In this document: one piece after another, positions 8,445 through 18,755 of the stretch
Position numbering within the stretch: the stretch's first letter is position 1
How the letters are laid out: every line of letters begins with the position of its first letter
Origin: Patescibacteria group bacterium
GTDB taxonomy: Bacteria; Patescibacteriota; UBA1384; GWA2-35-9; JBASTP01
NCBI GenBank assembly: GCA_049274945.1
Contig: JBASTP010000006.1
Span: forward strand, 29,944 to 93,943
Length of the DNA stretch: 64,000 nucleotides
Direction of reading: 5' to 3'
Notes under the pieces: model-generated
Told to the model about the DNA's origin: nothing
The model's database searches: none
Seen by the model: the letters and a program-made list of their open reading frames with translations, nothing else
Program-made: the position numbers and the translations under genes

Positions 8445-8450
8445 ACTCCT

Positions 8451-8479
8451 AATGTACGCCCTGGCCGGCGCCCTGTCAA
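8451..8479 (-). promoter_or_regulatory. Sigma70-like promoter (-35 TTGACA, 17-nt spacer, -10 TACATT) for the small-ORF operon
   Basis: Minus strand reads cTTGACAgggcgccggccagggcgTACATTagg. The -35 box overlaps the stop codon of the DUF3006 gene. Confidence 0.5.
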
Positions 8480-8712
8480 GACCTACCGTTAAATATTTCC
8501 TCGAGCATGGCGCGAGCAAGGTGCTCGCGCCGCTTGGCGGCGAGTTCGTCGGTGAGAAATTCAACGCTCAAATAATCCCCTACTTTGATGCCGCGGGGTA
8601 GGTACTTTTTGGCGATAGTGAGTTGCTCACCGCGAGAGAACCCGAGCACCACGAGGCCGTTTTCGAACCGATCCACGGTACATTGGAGTGTAACGGTTGT
8701 GCTTTTGGCCAT
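8476..8712 (-). CDS. DUF3006 domain protein
   Basis: VDRFENGLVVLGF..GEQLTIAKKYLPRGIKVGDYLSVEF matches the DUF3006 pattern (IDRFEG..AVLE...L.P.G.KEGD.L). Confidence 0.45.
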   Translation of the reverse strand: MAKSTTVTLQCTVDRFENGLVVLGFSRGEQLTIAKKYLPRGIKVGDYLSVEFLTDELAAKRREHLARAMLEEIFNGRS

Positions 8713-8752
8713 CGGTTTAGGATAGGATCAGCTGATTGGCCTGTCAAGCCAG

Positions 8753-10750
8753 TTAGCGTACGATCAGTTTAACAATCAAGAGCGCGACAATGTTCAAAAT
8801 CTTGATCATGGGGTTGATGGCCGGGCCAGCAGTGTCCTTGTACGGGTCGCCTACGGTATCGCCGGTGACTGCCGCCTTGTGGGCATCAGAACCTTTGCCG
8901 CCGTACTTGCCATCCTCGATTAACTTCTTGGCATTATCCCACGCCGCTCCGCCGGAAGTCATGGAAATAGCGACAAAGAGCCCAGTGATAATCGAACCAA
9001 CGAGCATCCCGCCGAGCGCCTTGGGACCCAACCCAAAACCAACCAGAATCGGCATGATCACCGGGATAAGGGCAGGAACGATCATTTGTTTAAGCGCCGC
9101 GGTTGTCACAATATCCACGGCTCGGCCGTAGTCCGGCTTGGCCGTGCCCTCCATAATGCCTTTGATGGTTTTGAACTGGCGGCGCACTTCCACCACCACC
9201 GCGCCAGCGGCCTTGCCTACCGCCTCCATCGCCAAAGAGGCAAAAAGATACGGCAGTAAACCGCCAATAAAAAGACCAACCAGCACTAGGGGATCCTCAA
9301 GACTAAAACTCACCTGCTTGCCCAGGGCATTAATCTCCTCCGTGTAGGCGGCAAACAGCACGATTGCTGCGAGTCCCGCCGAGGCGATTGCGTAGCCCTT
9401 GGTCACTGCCTTGGTGGTGTTACCCACGGCATCGAGGGCGTCGGTTACCTTGCGGTAGCTTGATGGCAAATGTGCCATCTCGGCAATGCCGCCAGCGTTG
9501 TCGGTAACCGGGCCAAACGCGTCAATTGCCACAATAAGCCCGCTCATTGAGAGCATGGCAAAAGCCGCCGCCGCCACGCCGTAGATACCCAGGAGCGAGT
9601 GGCTAAGGAGTATCCCAATCACAATCGCAATGAGCGGCCAACCGGTTGATCGCATCCCGACCGCCAAACCCTGAATAATGTTGGTGCCGTGGCCCGTGGC
9701 CGAAGCGGCGGCAATACTTTTTACCGGCCGGTACCGCTTACTCGTGTAGTAATCGGTAATGACCACCATGGCGCCGGTTACCGCAAGACCGGTAAATAAT
9801 GCCCCAAAAAGTGGCATTGGGGCTGAGCCACCGGTCTGGGTATAGGTAACCACGCCAAAAAACAAAAATGCGGCTAAAATCCCCGAGGCAGCGAGCCCGC
9901 GATACAAACCCGCCATGATATTTTTGGTGCGATTGGTGATTCGGACCGCCGTCGAACCCAAGATGGAACTGACTACCGCTGCCGCCCCCAGGGTGAGCGG
10001 CAAAGTAATCGCCTCCTGCGTGCCGTAGATCAGTTTGCCAAGCAACATCATGGCAATTGCGGTAACCGCATAGGTTTCAAAAAGATCGGCGGCCATGCCG
10101 GCATCGTCGCCCACGTTGTCCCCTACGTTATCGGCGATCACCGCCGGGTTGCGGGGGTCGTCCTCCGGAATGCCTGCCTCCACTTTGCCAACAAGATCTG
10201 CGCCAACGTCAGCCGCTTTGGTGTAGATACCGCCGCCCAGCCGTGCAAACACCGAAATGAGCGATCCACCAAAGCCCAGCCCGATGAGCGCATCAAGATT
10301 ATTGGTCAGGGCGTAAAACAGCGCTACGCCGCCCAGCGCCAGACCAACAACCAAGAAACCGGTTACCGCGCCTCCCTTGAATGCTAAGGCAAAAGCCTGG
10401 GCGAGGCCTCCTTTGGCAGCTTCGGCGGTCCGGACATTAGCCCGCACCGCTACCCACATGCCAACAATGCCAGCCAGCGCTGAAAGGGCGGCACCCACAA
10501 GGAACCCAATCGCCGTCAGTGATCCCAAAAAATACCAAATAACCACTGCCAAAACTGCCGCAATAACGGTAACGGTGGCATATTGGCGCTTAAGATACGC
10601 CGAAGCGCCCTGCTGGATGGCTTGAGCGATCTCAACCATCTTTGGCGTACCGGTTGGTTTTCCAAGAATGTCGAAAATCAGGTACACGCCATAGACGAGC
10701 GAAAGAGCTGAGGCAGCCAGAGCAGCGATCACCGGCATTGAAGTAATCAT
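8753..10750 (-). CDS. hppA: Membrane-bound proton/sodium-translocating pyrophosphatase
   Basis: 665 aa and polytopic, with [28 protein letters not shown] and AAWDNAKK signatures. Confidence 0.9.
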   Translation of the reverse strand: MITSMPVIAALAASALSLVYGVYLIFDILGKPTGTPKMVEIAQAIQQGASAYLKRQYATVTVIAAVLAVVIWYFLGSLTAIGFLVGAALSALAGIVGMWVAVRANVRTAEAAKGGLAQAFALAFKGGAVTGFLVVGLALGGVALFYALTNNLDALIGLGFGGSLISVFARLGGGIYTKAADVGADLVGKVEAGIPEDDPRNPAVIADNVGDNVGDDAGMAADLFETYAVTAIAMMLLGKLIYGTQEAITLPLTLGAAAVVSSILGSTAVRITNRTKNIMAGLYRGLAASGILAAFLFFGVVTYTQTGGSAPMPLFGALFTGLAVTGAMVVITDYYTSKRYRPVKSIAAASATGHGTNIIQGLAVGMRSTGWPLIAIVIGILLSHSLLGIYGVAAAAFAMLSMSGLIVAIDAFGPVTDNAGGIAEMAHLPSSYRKVTDALDAVGNTTKAVTKGYAIASAGLAAIVLFAAYTEEINALGKQVSFSLEDPLVLVGLFIGGLLPYLFASLAMEAVGKAAGAVVVEVRRQFKTIKGIMEGTAKPDYGRAVDIVTTAALKQMIVPALIPVIMPILVGFGLGPKALGGMLVGSIITGLFVAISMTSGGAAWDNAKKLIEDGKYGGKGSDAHKAAVTGDTVGDPYKDTAGPAINPMIKILNIVALLIVKLIVR

Positions 10751-10762
10751 TGAAGGTTAATT

Positions 10763-12169
10763 TTAACGGTCGACACGCCACAGAGCAATAGGCTGGTCTT
10801 CTTTATCGTAGCCCAGTATGGTGGGCTGGCCTTCTAAATCGTGTGGCAAATAGCTAAAATCATAGAAGAAAACGGTAGGGTGATCCTTGAGTAATTCTTC
10901 GGTACGCTGTTTCACCGATTGTTTGCGCAGCTCCCGCAGGTTGCCGATTCGGTACTCACCGTAGTAGTCAACAACTACAGGGGGCTCGCCGCCACTGCGC
11001 TTGCGCCAGTAATAATTGAAAATAGTACTCTCCCCTTTCAAAAAAGAACCTCGAGCGAGCACTGCCGCATCTGCGACGTTTTGGCTAGCAATGTAGTCAA
11101 CGATCGCCGGCACCCCGGGTTTTAGCGATTCCTTAAAGTATCGCTGGGTAAGACCCAGCCCCAATATCCCAAGAAGGGCTACTCCACCAAGCAATTTCGG
11201 GATCTGTTTGAGATTAAAAAGACTCGCTCCAATTACCATCAGGTAGAATGGTGCCAGAAACGATAAGTTGCGCGCTGCTTTGCCCCCTACCTCGCTCGCC
11301 ACGAGGGCCAGTACTACTGCCAACGAACCGAGTACCCACACCGGCCGCCACTCGTTCTTTTTAAAGTTTTGGGGAAGACCATAGATAAATAAGATTGCGG
11401 GTACGACTAGGGTCAGAGCGAAGGCAAACCAAGATAATGGATTGGCGCGCAGCCACATGAGGTGGTTAGCTGGGTTGAGTTCGAGCCCAAGAAACGACCG
11501 GCCGGCGGCAAAACGATAGAACGCGTTGACGATTCCCTTAATATTTGCTATGGGGTTCGAACCGCCGGCTTCCTGGATGCGACCAATAAACTGCGGTAGA
11601 GCAAGTGGCAGCAGAGGGAGCGTAAGGATAATTACCGCTAGCAATGGTTTCCATTGCCTGCGAATTATCAAAACCGGCAAAAGCAGTAACCCCAGGTAGT
11701 GAGTGTAGATCGCTAATAGGGTAAACATGGCAAGGTGGAGCGGTTTATTCTTGCTGAGCGCCCAGAGTGCCATAACGACAAAAAAACCGAGCGGCGCGTA
11801 CATTCTGGCTTCTTGCGAGAACGATACAAGGAATGGGGAGAGTGCCACAAGCCATGCCACAAATAGGGCTTGGCGTCGGCCGATCAACTCTCTGGCAAGT
11901 AAGAAGCTGGCCGGAATAAGTAAAATCCCAAAAACGGCCGGGAAAAATCTGAGAGCAAACTCACTTTCACCGAATATCTTGAGTCCGAACCAACTCAAAA
12001 CATGAATGAGCGGTGGGTGGGCGTCACGAGCAATTGACTCCCAAAACTGGCCGAAACTTGGTTGGGTGGCTTGCCATAAAATGACCCCTTCGTCGCCATC
12101 GAACGGCCGCAACCCGAGGCGCCAGAAGCGCAGGAGGATTCCGGTAATAATTGCAAAATAGAGACTCAT
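10763..12169 (-). CDS. GT-C fold glycosyltransferase, PMT_2/ArnT-like (GT39/GT83 family)
   Basis: The N-terminal loop DGDEG is the DE motif, and the protein has about 11 predicted TM helices (RFWRLGLRPFDGDEGV...). Confidence 0.65.
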   Translation of the reverse strand: MSLYFAIITGILLRFWRLGLRPFDGDEGVILWQATQPSFGQFWESIARDAHPPLIHVLSWFGLKIFGESEFALRFFPAVFGILLIPASFLLARELIGRRQALFVAWLVALSPFLVSFSQEARMYAPLGFFVVMALWALSKNKPLHLAMFTLLAIYTHYLGLLLLPVLIIRRQWKPLLAVIILTLPLLPLALPQFIGRIQEAGGSNPIANIKGIVNAFYRFAAGRSFLGLELNPANHLMWLRANPLSWFAFALTLVVPAILFIYGLPQNFKKNEWRPVWVLGSLAVVLALVASEVGGKAARNLSFLAPFYLMVIGASLFNLKQIPKLLGGVALLGILGLGLTQRYFKESLKPGVPAIVDYIASQNVADAAVLARGSFLKGESTIFNYYWRKRSGGEPPVVVDYYGEYRIGNLRELRKQSVKQRTEELLKDHPTVFFYDFSYLPHDLEGQPTILGYDKEDQPIALWRVDR

Positions 12170-13251
12170 GTCTTTTTACTGAATACGAACTTCTTCGATC
12201 CGAAAAAGTTCCAAAATGTGGTAATTAGAATTGCGATTGCCTTGGCAACATTATAATTAAGGCCAAAAAAGGTAAACAGTCCCGCAAAGATTATCCAGTT
12301 AACCGTTGCGCCAGTACCGTTGACCGCCAAAAACGAAAGAAATTCGGCACCTCGCTCATCAGGCCCTTTGAAACCACGGAAGGTCCAGGCCCGATTTAGG
12401 AGATACGAGTTGGTCAGTGCCATGGCGGTTGAAAGCAAGCCGGCAACAAGCGGTGAAAGTCCGCCCACAATTACAAAAAGATTGAGAAATCCAAAATCAA
12501 TTGCCACGTTAATCCAGCCAACGATGCCGAACTTCACCAGCTGCCGTAGGGTGGGCCGGCGCAGCATAAGCCGAAATACCGCCACAACCGCTTTGGGCAA
12601 CTCGCCTGAGACCTTGGAGCGACCAGCGCGGCGTTCCGAAAATGTGATGGGCACTTCGACTACCGGAACTTGCTTAAGTTTGGCCGAAAAGAGTGTCTCA
12701 ACTTGAAAGGCATAGCCGGGCGCCACCACATCTCCGCTAACAAACTGACTAACGAAGCTGGCTGGGTAGCATTTGAACCCAGCGGTTACGTCTTTTGCTT
12801 TTAGTCCGAGAAGGAGCCGTGCAAACCAATTCGCAAGCTTCGATTGGATGAGCCGCTTGCGGTCCCAGCCGCTGATTTTCCCGCCGGCAACGTAACGAGA
12901 TCCGATCGCAATTGCCTTGTTCATACGACTTGCTTCGATTAACCGATCAATATCTGACGGGTTATGCGAGAAGTCGGCATCGATCGAGACAAAGTAGCCG
13001 TAGCCGCGGGTAAGCCCCCAGCGAAAGCCATCACGGTAGGCCAAGCCAAGGCCCGATTTGGCCGGGCGCTCGAGGAGGTGGATATGAGAGTCGGCTGAGA
13101 GACTTTTGACAATACGAGCGGTGCCATCGGGCGAACCATCGTCCACCACCAACACATCAACGTTGTGCTTGACTGCGGCAGCAAGCATCGCTGCGATATT
13201 CTCCGCTTCGTTGTAGGTTGGAATAATAACTAAAACCTGATTTTTTGACAT
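12166..13251 (-). CDS. Polyprenol-phosphate glycosyltransferase (GT2, DPM1-like) fused to a C-terminal GtrA-like domain
   Basis: VIIPTYNEAENI...VVDDGSPDGT...DADFSHNP, followed by a GtrA-like 4-TM tail (LVKFGIVGWINVAIDFGFLN). Confidence 0.8.
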   Translation of the reverse strand: MSKNQVLVIIPTYNEAENIAAMLAAAVKHNVDVLVVDDGSPDGTARIVKSLSADSHIHLLERPAKSGLGLAYRDGFRWGLTRGYGYFVSIDADFSHNPSDIDRLIEASRMNKAIAIGSRYVAGGKISGWDRKRLIQSKLANWFARLLLGLKAKDVTAGFKCYPASFVSQFVSGDVVAPGYAFQVETLFSAKLKQVPVVEVPITFSERRAGRSKVSGELPKAVVAVFRLMLRRPTLRQLVKFGIVGWINVAIDFGFLNLFVIVGGLSPLVAGLLSTAMALTNSYLLNRAWTFRGFKGPDERGAEFLSFLAVNGTGATVNWIIFAGLFTFFGLNYNVAKAIAILITTFWNFFGSKKFVFSKKT

Positions 13252-13282
13252 CGCAATTCCGCTAGTTTATCATCAGGATAGG

Positions 13283-14407
13283 ATGGGTTCAATCGGTAAG
13301 AAGGTGATCTTTTTTTTGATAATCGTAATCGCCGGCGTGGCCGGTATTGTTTTTGCCAAGGGCAAATTCACTAAATCTCCGGTCTCGATCTCCATTCCAA
13401 AAAAATTAAAGGCCTCCCCTATCCGCTTTGGCGGCACACTCGATTATTCGGCCGGGCAGACTAAGGAAGCCATCGATGCCCAGCTGAAACTTCTTGCACA
13501 GCTCGGTATTCGGACGGTTCGCACCAAATACCTCGACTGTGGCTTCACCAATTGGTTTATGAACGACTACCTGCTCGAGGCGGCCAAGCGCAATAACATT
13601 GAAGTGGTCTTTATTCTTGAACCGCAGATTGATTTCAAAAAATCGGTGAAAAAATCAAACCTTCCTACCGCGGCCGTTGACTGCGGATCGGTCACAATCG
13701 GCAAGCAAAAAGGTTCCACACCGGTCGACCTTGATGAGTTCGGTTATGAATACACCAAGGCGGTAGTTGGAAAATATAGTTCTCAAGTAAAGTACTGGCA
13801 GCTTATTAATGAAATTGGTGGTACCGCAATGACCGGGAATGCCGATGGTAGACTTGCCGAACAATACGACAAAACCATCTATAAACGGCTGGCAGCGTTT
13901 CTTAAAGGTTCGTCACGGGCAGTCGCAGAGGTTGATCCGACTGCCAAGCGAATTATCAACAACCAGTGGCTGCATGTTGGGATGCTCGATCTGCTGGTCC
14001 AAGATAAAATTGCGTTCGATATCATTGGCTGGAACTGGTTTGCTGACGACATTGATATGGGCAGGGTTGAGTACGCCCCGGGGCAAATTTTCAACCTCTA
14101 TGAGGAGCTTGAAAAACGCAAAGTGACTACTGGGGCAAAAGAGATTTGGCTCTCTGAATTTAACAAGGATCACGGCAGTTTCGAGGAAAAAGAGAGAGAG
14201 CAAGCTGACTACCTCGGACGCAAACTACCGGAACTGATTGATAAAAAAATATTCTCGGGGATTTTCATCCACGAGTTATTTGATAAGCCTGCCGAAAAAC
14301 TTGAGCGAGATCGCCACTGGGGCATTATCGAGGTGCAGCCCGAACCCAATCTGAAACTCACCCCCAAGCCCGCCGCTCAAGTAATCTCCGAAATCATCAA
14401 GGAATAA
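13283..14407 (+). CDS. Membrane-anchored glycoside hydrolase, clan GH-A (GH5-like TIM barrel)
   Basis: N-terminal TM helix. YWQLINEIGG is the acid/base NE motif and IWLSEFNKD is the nucleophile (V/I)(T/S)EFG-like motif. Confidence 0.45.
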   Translation: MGSIGKKVIFFLIIVIAGVAGIVFAKGKFTKSPVSISIPKKLKASPIRFGGTLDYSAGQTKEAIDAQLKLLAQLGIRTVRTKYLDCGFTNWFMNDYLLEAAKRNNIEVVFILEPQIDFKKSVKKSNLPTAAVDCGSVTIGKQKGSTPVDLDEFGYEYTKAVVGKYSSQVKYWQLINEIGGTAMTGNADGRLAEQYDKTIYKRLAAFLKGSSRAVAEVDPTAKRIINNQWLHVGMLDLLVQDKIAFDIIGWNWFADDIDMGRVEYAPGQIFNLYEELEKRKVTTGAKEIWLSEFNKDHGSFEEKEREQADYLGRKLPELIDKKIFSGIFIHELFDKPAEKLERDRHWGIIEVQPEPNLKLTPKPAAQVISEIIKE

Positions 14408-14527
14408 ATCAAAAAGAGCGATCTCGCAGAGCTTGCCAGTTGATCGAACGGATGTGTTGCTGGCCATAGGACTGCTTCCAGTCGTCTTTGATCTGCCAAA
14501 ACACAAAACCGATCCAGATAATGGCGG

Positions 14528-15211
14528 CTAATTGAAGAATCGGTAATAAACGATTGCCCATAGTGACGTAAGGCCATCACGCCAGGTGATTTTTTTACCC
14601 TCGTGGTACTGGCGGCCGGCATAGCTAATTGGCACCTCATGGATTTTAATCTTTTTTTTCAGAATTTTTGCAGTCAGTTCCGGTTCGATCTCGAACCGCT
14701 CCGATCTCAGTAAAAGCGATTGAGCAAGTTTACGCTCAAGGAGCTTATATGCCGTCTCCATATCGCTTAAATGACTTCGATATAATAAATTGGTTAATCC
14801 GGTGAGAAAACGATTGGCAAAGTAGTGAAATATGTTGGTAAAACTAATCCGGTACGCCCCCATGAAGCGGGAACCATATACCGCTTTTGCCCCCCCTGCT
14901 ACTGGCTTAAGTAATCGCTTCCAATCAGTCGGATCGTACTCTAAATCAGCATCCTGGATCACCACGTAGTCCCCTTGCGCAATTTCAATCCCCTTTCTCA
15001 CCGCTGCTCCCTTACCTTGATTTTTAGGGAACGTCACGATCGTAAAATCTTTTTCGCGAGCATATGGCCGGAGAATTTTTTTGGTTTGATCAGTGGAGCC
15101 ATCGTTAATTATAATAATTTCTTTACGCAGCGGTACGCGCTTAACTCGCTCAAGAATATCAACTAACGTTGCTTGCTCATTGTAGACCGGGATAATAACC
15201 GAAAGTTTCAT
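14528..15211 (-). CDS. GT2 family glycosyltransferase (dolichyl-phosphate hexose synthase-like)
   Basis: LSVIIPVYNEQATL...IIIINDGSTDQT...QDADLEYDP. Confidence 0.8.
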   Translation of the reverse strand: MKLSVIIPVYNEQATLVDILERVKRVPLRKEIIIINDGSTDQTKKILRPYAREKDFTIVTFPKNQGKGAAVRKGIEIAQGDYVVIQDADLEYDPTDWKRLLKPVAGGAKAVYGSRFMGAYRISFTNIFHYFANRFLTGLTNLLYRSHLSDMETAYKLLERKLAQSLLLRSERFEIEPELTAKILKKKIKIHEVPISYAGRQYHEGKKITWRDGLTSLWAIVYYRFFN

Positions 15212-15861
15212 TATTTATTTTTGTACTCTTTAAAACTTCTCAACATTGAGGATTTCAAGAATCTGGCTAACTCGGTAACTACCGGGTCAATTTCAGATCC
15301 CCGTAGTCCATATGTAAGATTGAAATCTAGATGTTCTTTAAAAAAACTCCCTTTTCGGTATTCTTGAACCTGTAGTACTGCTTCTAATTTGTCGAGTGAT
15401 TTAATAAGTTTGGACTCAAAACTTTTTTGCTCCTCATACTCAAGCCATAGCTCGAATAATCTTTGTTTTTGCTCTTTTGGCAATTGACCGAACAGGTGTT
15501 TAGCAGCTTTTTTTTCATTGGCATGACGTTTTTTTGCCTTCAGAGGATCAAAGGCATAGGTCTTCTTTCCGGTACCATCATCTCCTAACGGGCTTTCATC
15601 TCCAGTAACAATTTCTGGAAGATCGTGTACCACAATCATCTGTAATGCTTTTGTTAAATCAATTTTTCTTTTCAGAAAATCTTTAATGAGAATGAGAAAT
15701 AGAGCAATTCGCCACGTATGGTCAGCAACCGATTCATATCGATCCCTCTGAGGGTAGTTACGCCAATAGAATTGACCCCTAAAACGTTCGAGTTCTTTTA
15801 ACTTTCCTGCCTCAGTGGCAAACGAAATAATTTTTTTGATTTTTTTTTGATCTAGCTTCAT
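15211..15861 (-). CDS. HD-domain phosphohydrolase (YfbR-like 5'-deoxynucleotidase family)
   Basis: ESVADHTWRIALF...VHDLPEIVTGD are the HD motifs. Confidence 0.65.
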   Translation of the reverse strand: MKLDQKKIKKIISFATEAGKLKELERFRGQFYWRNYPQRDRYESVADHTWRIALFLILIKDFLKRKIDLTKALQMIVVHDLPEIVTGDESPLGDDGTGKKTYAFDPLKAKKRHANEKKAAKHLFGQLPKEQKQRLFELWLEYEEQKSFESKLIKSLDKLEAVLQVQEYRKGSFFKEHLDFNLTYGLRGSEIDPVVTELARFLKSSMLRSFKEYKNK

Positions 15862-17528
15862 GGGATTTTATACAGTGCGCTATTAGTCACCTTTGATGAC
15901 CAGATGATTGGTACTAACTGCTCAAGTTCGTCTTGCGATGGAGTCTCGAAGCCACCCAGGGCGAACAAATCTTTGAGCTTATATTCAGCGGTTTTCACCA
16001 CAATATGGCTGAATCCGAGCTCCTTGAGTCTCCCCAACAACTCCTGAGGAGAAGCAGTTGATTTGAGTTGATCTTTCAGATCGAGTCCATCGTGATAAGG
16101 AAAATCGATATAAAACATATTGTGGACTAGGACAACCGCCTTATCGCCTGGAGCAAGCCGGCTCCCCACTTCGTTGCCGACATCAATAAAGGTGTGAACG
16201 TTTTCACCTAATTGCTTATCAAGATATGTTTGCCTGCTTTCACGAGCAAACACTACACTAAAGCTGCGCTCGCTGCGGAAGTAGAGCGGCAGGAAACTAC
16301 CAACTCCTATAGCCAACATTGCCAATCCTGCGACTACTTTAACCATCATCCCTTGATCGACCCAAAGCTTCGCTAGTAAGACCGTCGGGATCACCACAAA
16401 GGGCAGTAAAAACCGTGGATCGGGGTTGGAAATAAAGCTAAACAGGAAATAGATCGCAACAGATACTACGGTTAGCTCCACTACCTTAGTACGCGCTCTG
16501 CCAAGGAGCATCCCGGGTAGGAGGGCAAGCAATGGGAAGTCATGGATTACCAAGTGTTTTAGGTTAGGCCAGAATTGCCGTGGCCAGCCTTTAAGCAACC
16601 ATTCTCCTGCCGAGTGGTATCCACCCAATAGTTCTGGTTGGTTGACCGAAAAAATGGGAAAAACTGGGTTGCCGGTAGTAATCAACGCTTCAAAAAACCA
16701 GGGCGATGCAACGGCGAGCGCACCGGCAATCGAGGAAATTGCGCTATCAAGCGGTTGTTTTTTGTAGAGCTGGTAGCCAAAAATCACTGGTAAGATAATC
16801 AAGGCCCAAATTTTAGTGGAGAGGAATAGCCCAAGTAGCGTAAAACTTGCTACTGCCCCGACTGGCACACCGGCAATGTAAACTAGCACCACCAGAACCG
16901 AGTAAAATACCACCGAAAGATCAATATAGGCAGTCTGAGCGAGCCAGCCAAAAATCGGGAAACTCGAAAAAAGTGTTGCCGCCATTAACCCAACGGTTGA
17001 ATCGGCCAAGCGGCGGCCAACGGCGTACACCCCAAGTAACGATAAAACCCCAAAACTAAAATTGAGCAGTTTAGAGAGCTGTTCGGTTGGCCAGAACGCC
17101 AATGTGAACACGTAGAGCATGTCTTGGAGCCTTGGGGTCACCGAAGACTGGGACAATTGGGCTGGTAGGTAAAAAGTACGAATTTGGCCTTCTTGTAGGT
17201 AGGTTTTTGCCTCGGTGAGATGGTACCAGAGTGCGTCAAATTTTATCTCGGGGGCAGCCGCACCGACGAGCTGCAATGCCAAAAATGCTAAGAGAACAGT
17301 TACCAAGATAATGTGGATAGAATTAACTCTAACCCTGCTTGGCAATGTTTTTTTGAGTTCCCTAAACCACGCCGTAATAAACGGCGCGGTAGCAATGATC
17401 GAAAAAAGCAACACGGCAAGCAAACTCTCCTCGCTGAGCGATTGAGTGCGACCCAAAAATAATACACTAAATCCCAATCCCCCAAACCATAGTCCAATAC
17501 CGATAAGTAATCGTTCGAGGAGCGTCAT
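15858..17528 (-). CDS. Polytopic membrane protein, putative GT-C-like glycosyltransferase
   Basis: 556 aa with at least 12 TM segments and a soluble C-terminal domain. It sits in the operon between the HD gene and the ligase-like genes. Confidence 0.4.
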   Translation of the reverse strand: MTLLERLLIGIGLWFGGLGFSVLFLGRTQSLSEESLLAVLLFSIIATAPFITAWFRELKKTLPSRVRVNSIHIILVTVLLAFLALQLVGAAAPEIKFDALWYHLTEAKTYLQEGQIRTFYLPAQLSQSSVTPRLQDMLYVFTLAFWPTEQLSKLLNFSFGVLSLLGVYAVGRRLADSTVGLMAATLFSSFPIFGWLAQTAYIDLSVVFYSVLVVLVYIAGVPVGAVASFTLLGLFLSTKIWALIILPVIFGYQLYKKQPLDSAISSIAGALAVASPWFFEALITTGNPVFPIFSVNQPELLGGYHSAGEWLLKGWPRQFWPNLKHLVIHDFPLLALLPGMLLGRARTKVVELTVVSVAIYFLFSFISNPDPRFLLPFVVIPTVLLAKLWVDQGMMVKVVAGLAMLAIGVGSFLPLYFRSERSFSVVFARESRQTYLDKQLGENVHTFIDVGNEVGSRLAPGDKAVVLVHNMFYIDFPYHDGLDLKDQLKSTASPQELLGRLKELGFSHIVVKTAEYKLKDLFALGGFETPSQDELEQLVPIIWSSKVTNSALYKIP

Positions 17529-18751
17529 TTTTTAGAGCTCCCGAGCATGGTGAGCACAATGAGTACCCAGAACAATACCGACAGATCATTCTTAAAGTAC
17601 GGGGTGTCCACGAGACCATGCCCGATGAGTGCAACCAGCGCTGCCTGGCCCGGAAGCGCGTCCTTTTGACGAAATGCTAAAACCAGTAACCATACGAAGG
17701 CAACGAGCATTACCAATCCCCCGCTCATCCACATCGCCAGGAACACATTGTGGGGAGTAAGTGCTTTGGGGGCGATGAACTCGGGATAATTGACCCGTCC
17801 TTTGGTAAATTCGGTAAAATAGTGCTGGTAATTACCAAGACCAACTCCAAAAATAAAATTCCGTGGGTTTTCCATGAGCATTTCCTTGGTCGTTTTCCAA
17901 ATTTCGTAGCGGATATTGTTAGAGGTAGCTATCCGGCCGGAATCTGGACTAGCGGAAAGGTCGGGGCGGGCAAGGTAACCAACCACAACGAAAGAAAGTA
18001 GCGCAACTACCAGAACAGCATTTTTCGCGGATTGTTTTGTAACCTTGTGAAAAAACAAATAGAGTGAGCCTGCAATCAATCCCAAAAGCCCGCCGCGGGA
18101 ACCGCTGAATATCAACCCCGAAACAACTAAAACAATGGCAATTGCCTCAAATAGTATCCAGGTCATTGGATGGATTGATTTAATCCGAGAAATTGCTAAA
18201 ACCAGGATTGGAACTAAAAATAGCGCTAAGTAGTTGGCACTTGGGTTAACCTCGAAAGCAAAAACTGAAAACAATCTGCCCTGCGGGTCCCCGGGCAAAA
18301 ACCAACTCGCTAAACCAACCAATGCCCCGCCAACAATCAAAGAGTTTACTATCTCGTGGCGATTGATAATTTTTGCCCGACACCCCTCGTAGAGAACCAA
18401 AGCAAATAACAGTGGATCAAATATAAATCCCTTGAACTGACCAAGCGCGATGCGTTTTTCCGGGGAAATTAATACGCCAACAACTGCTCCGGCGACAAAA
18501 ATCCCAATTGGCCAGAGCCACTTACGCTCAGGCAGGTGCCACTCAGCGAAACCCTTAGTAGTCGCTAGCCAGTAGCTAGTAGCCAGAGCATAAATAGCAA
18601 TCTCGAGGACAGTAGTAGGAACCCCAAACGCCCAAAAGCGCAGCAAGTATGACGGCAGCAGCACCAAAATACCCAGTAGTAACCATTTAATCACCTTCGC
18701 TAATAACGAATCGAGTGCGAATAGCGAATTATGATTATTAGATATTGGCAT
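17525..18751 (-). CDS. O-antigen ligase/polymerase (Wzy_C) family membrane protein
   Basis: IFSGSRGGLLGLIAGSLYLFF matches the conserved SGSRGG loop of the WaaL/Wzy family. Confidence 0.6.
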   Translation of the reverse strand: MPISNNHNSLFALDSLLAKVIKWLLLGILVLLPSYLLRFWAFGVPTTVLEIAIYALATSYWLATTKGFAEWHLPERKWLWPIGIFVAGAVVGVLISPEKRIALGQFKGFIFDPLLFALVLYEGCRAKIINRHEIVNSLIVGGALVGLASWFLPGDPQGRLFSVFAFEVNPSANYLALFLVPILVLAISRIKSIHPMTWILFEAIAIVLVVSGLIFSGSRGGLLGLIAGSLYLFFHKVTKQSAKNAVLVVALLSFVVVGYLARPDLSASPDSGRIATSNNIRYEIWKTTKEMLMENPRNFIFGVGLGNYQHYFTEFTKGRVNYPEFIAPKALTPHNVFLAMWMSGGLVMLVAFVWLLVLAFRQKDALPGQAALVALIGHGLVDTPYFKNDLSVLFWVLIVLTMLGSSKK

Positions 18752-18755
18752 CGCA

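Noticed and set aside
8380-8450. 19-codon leader peptide (MQRRQFNFTFKKGPCGCPA) in the 8280-8450 leader
   Set aside because: Its SD and AUG would lie at +1 to +13 of the predicted transcript, that is, largely upstream of or at the TSS. It is not rich in any regulatory codon. It is kept only as a remote possibility.
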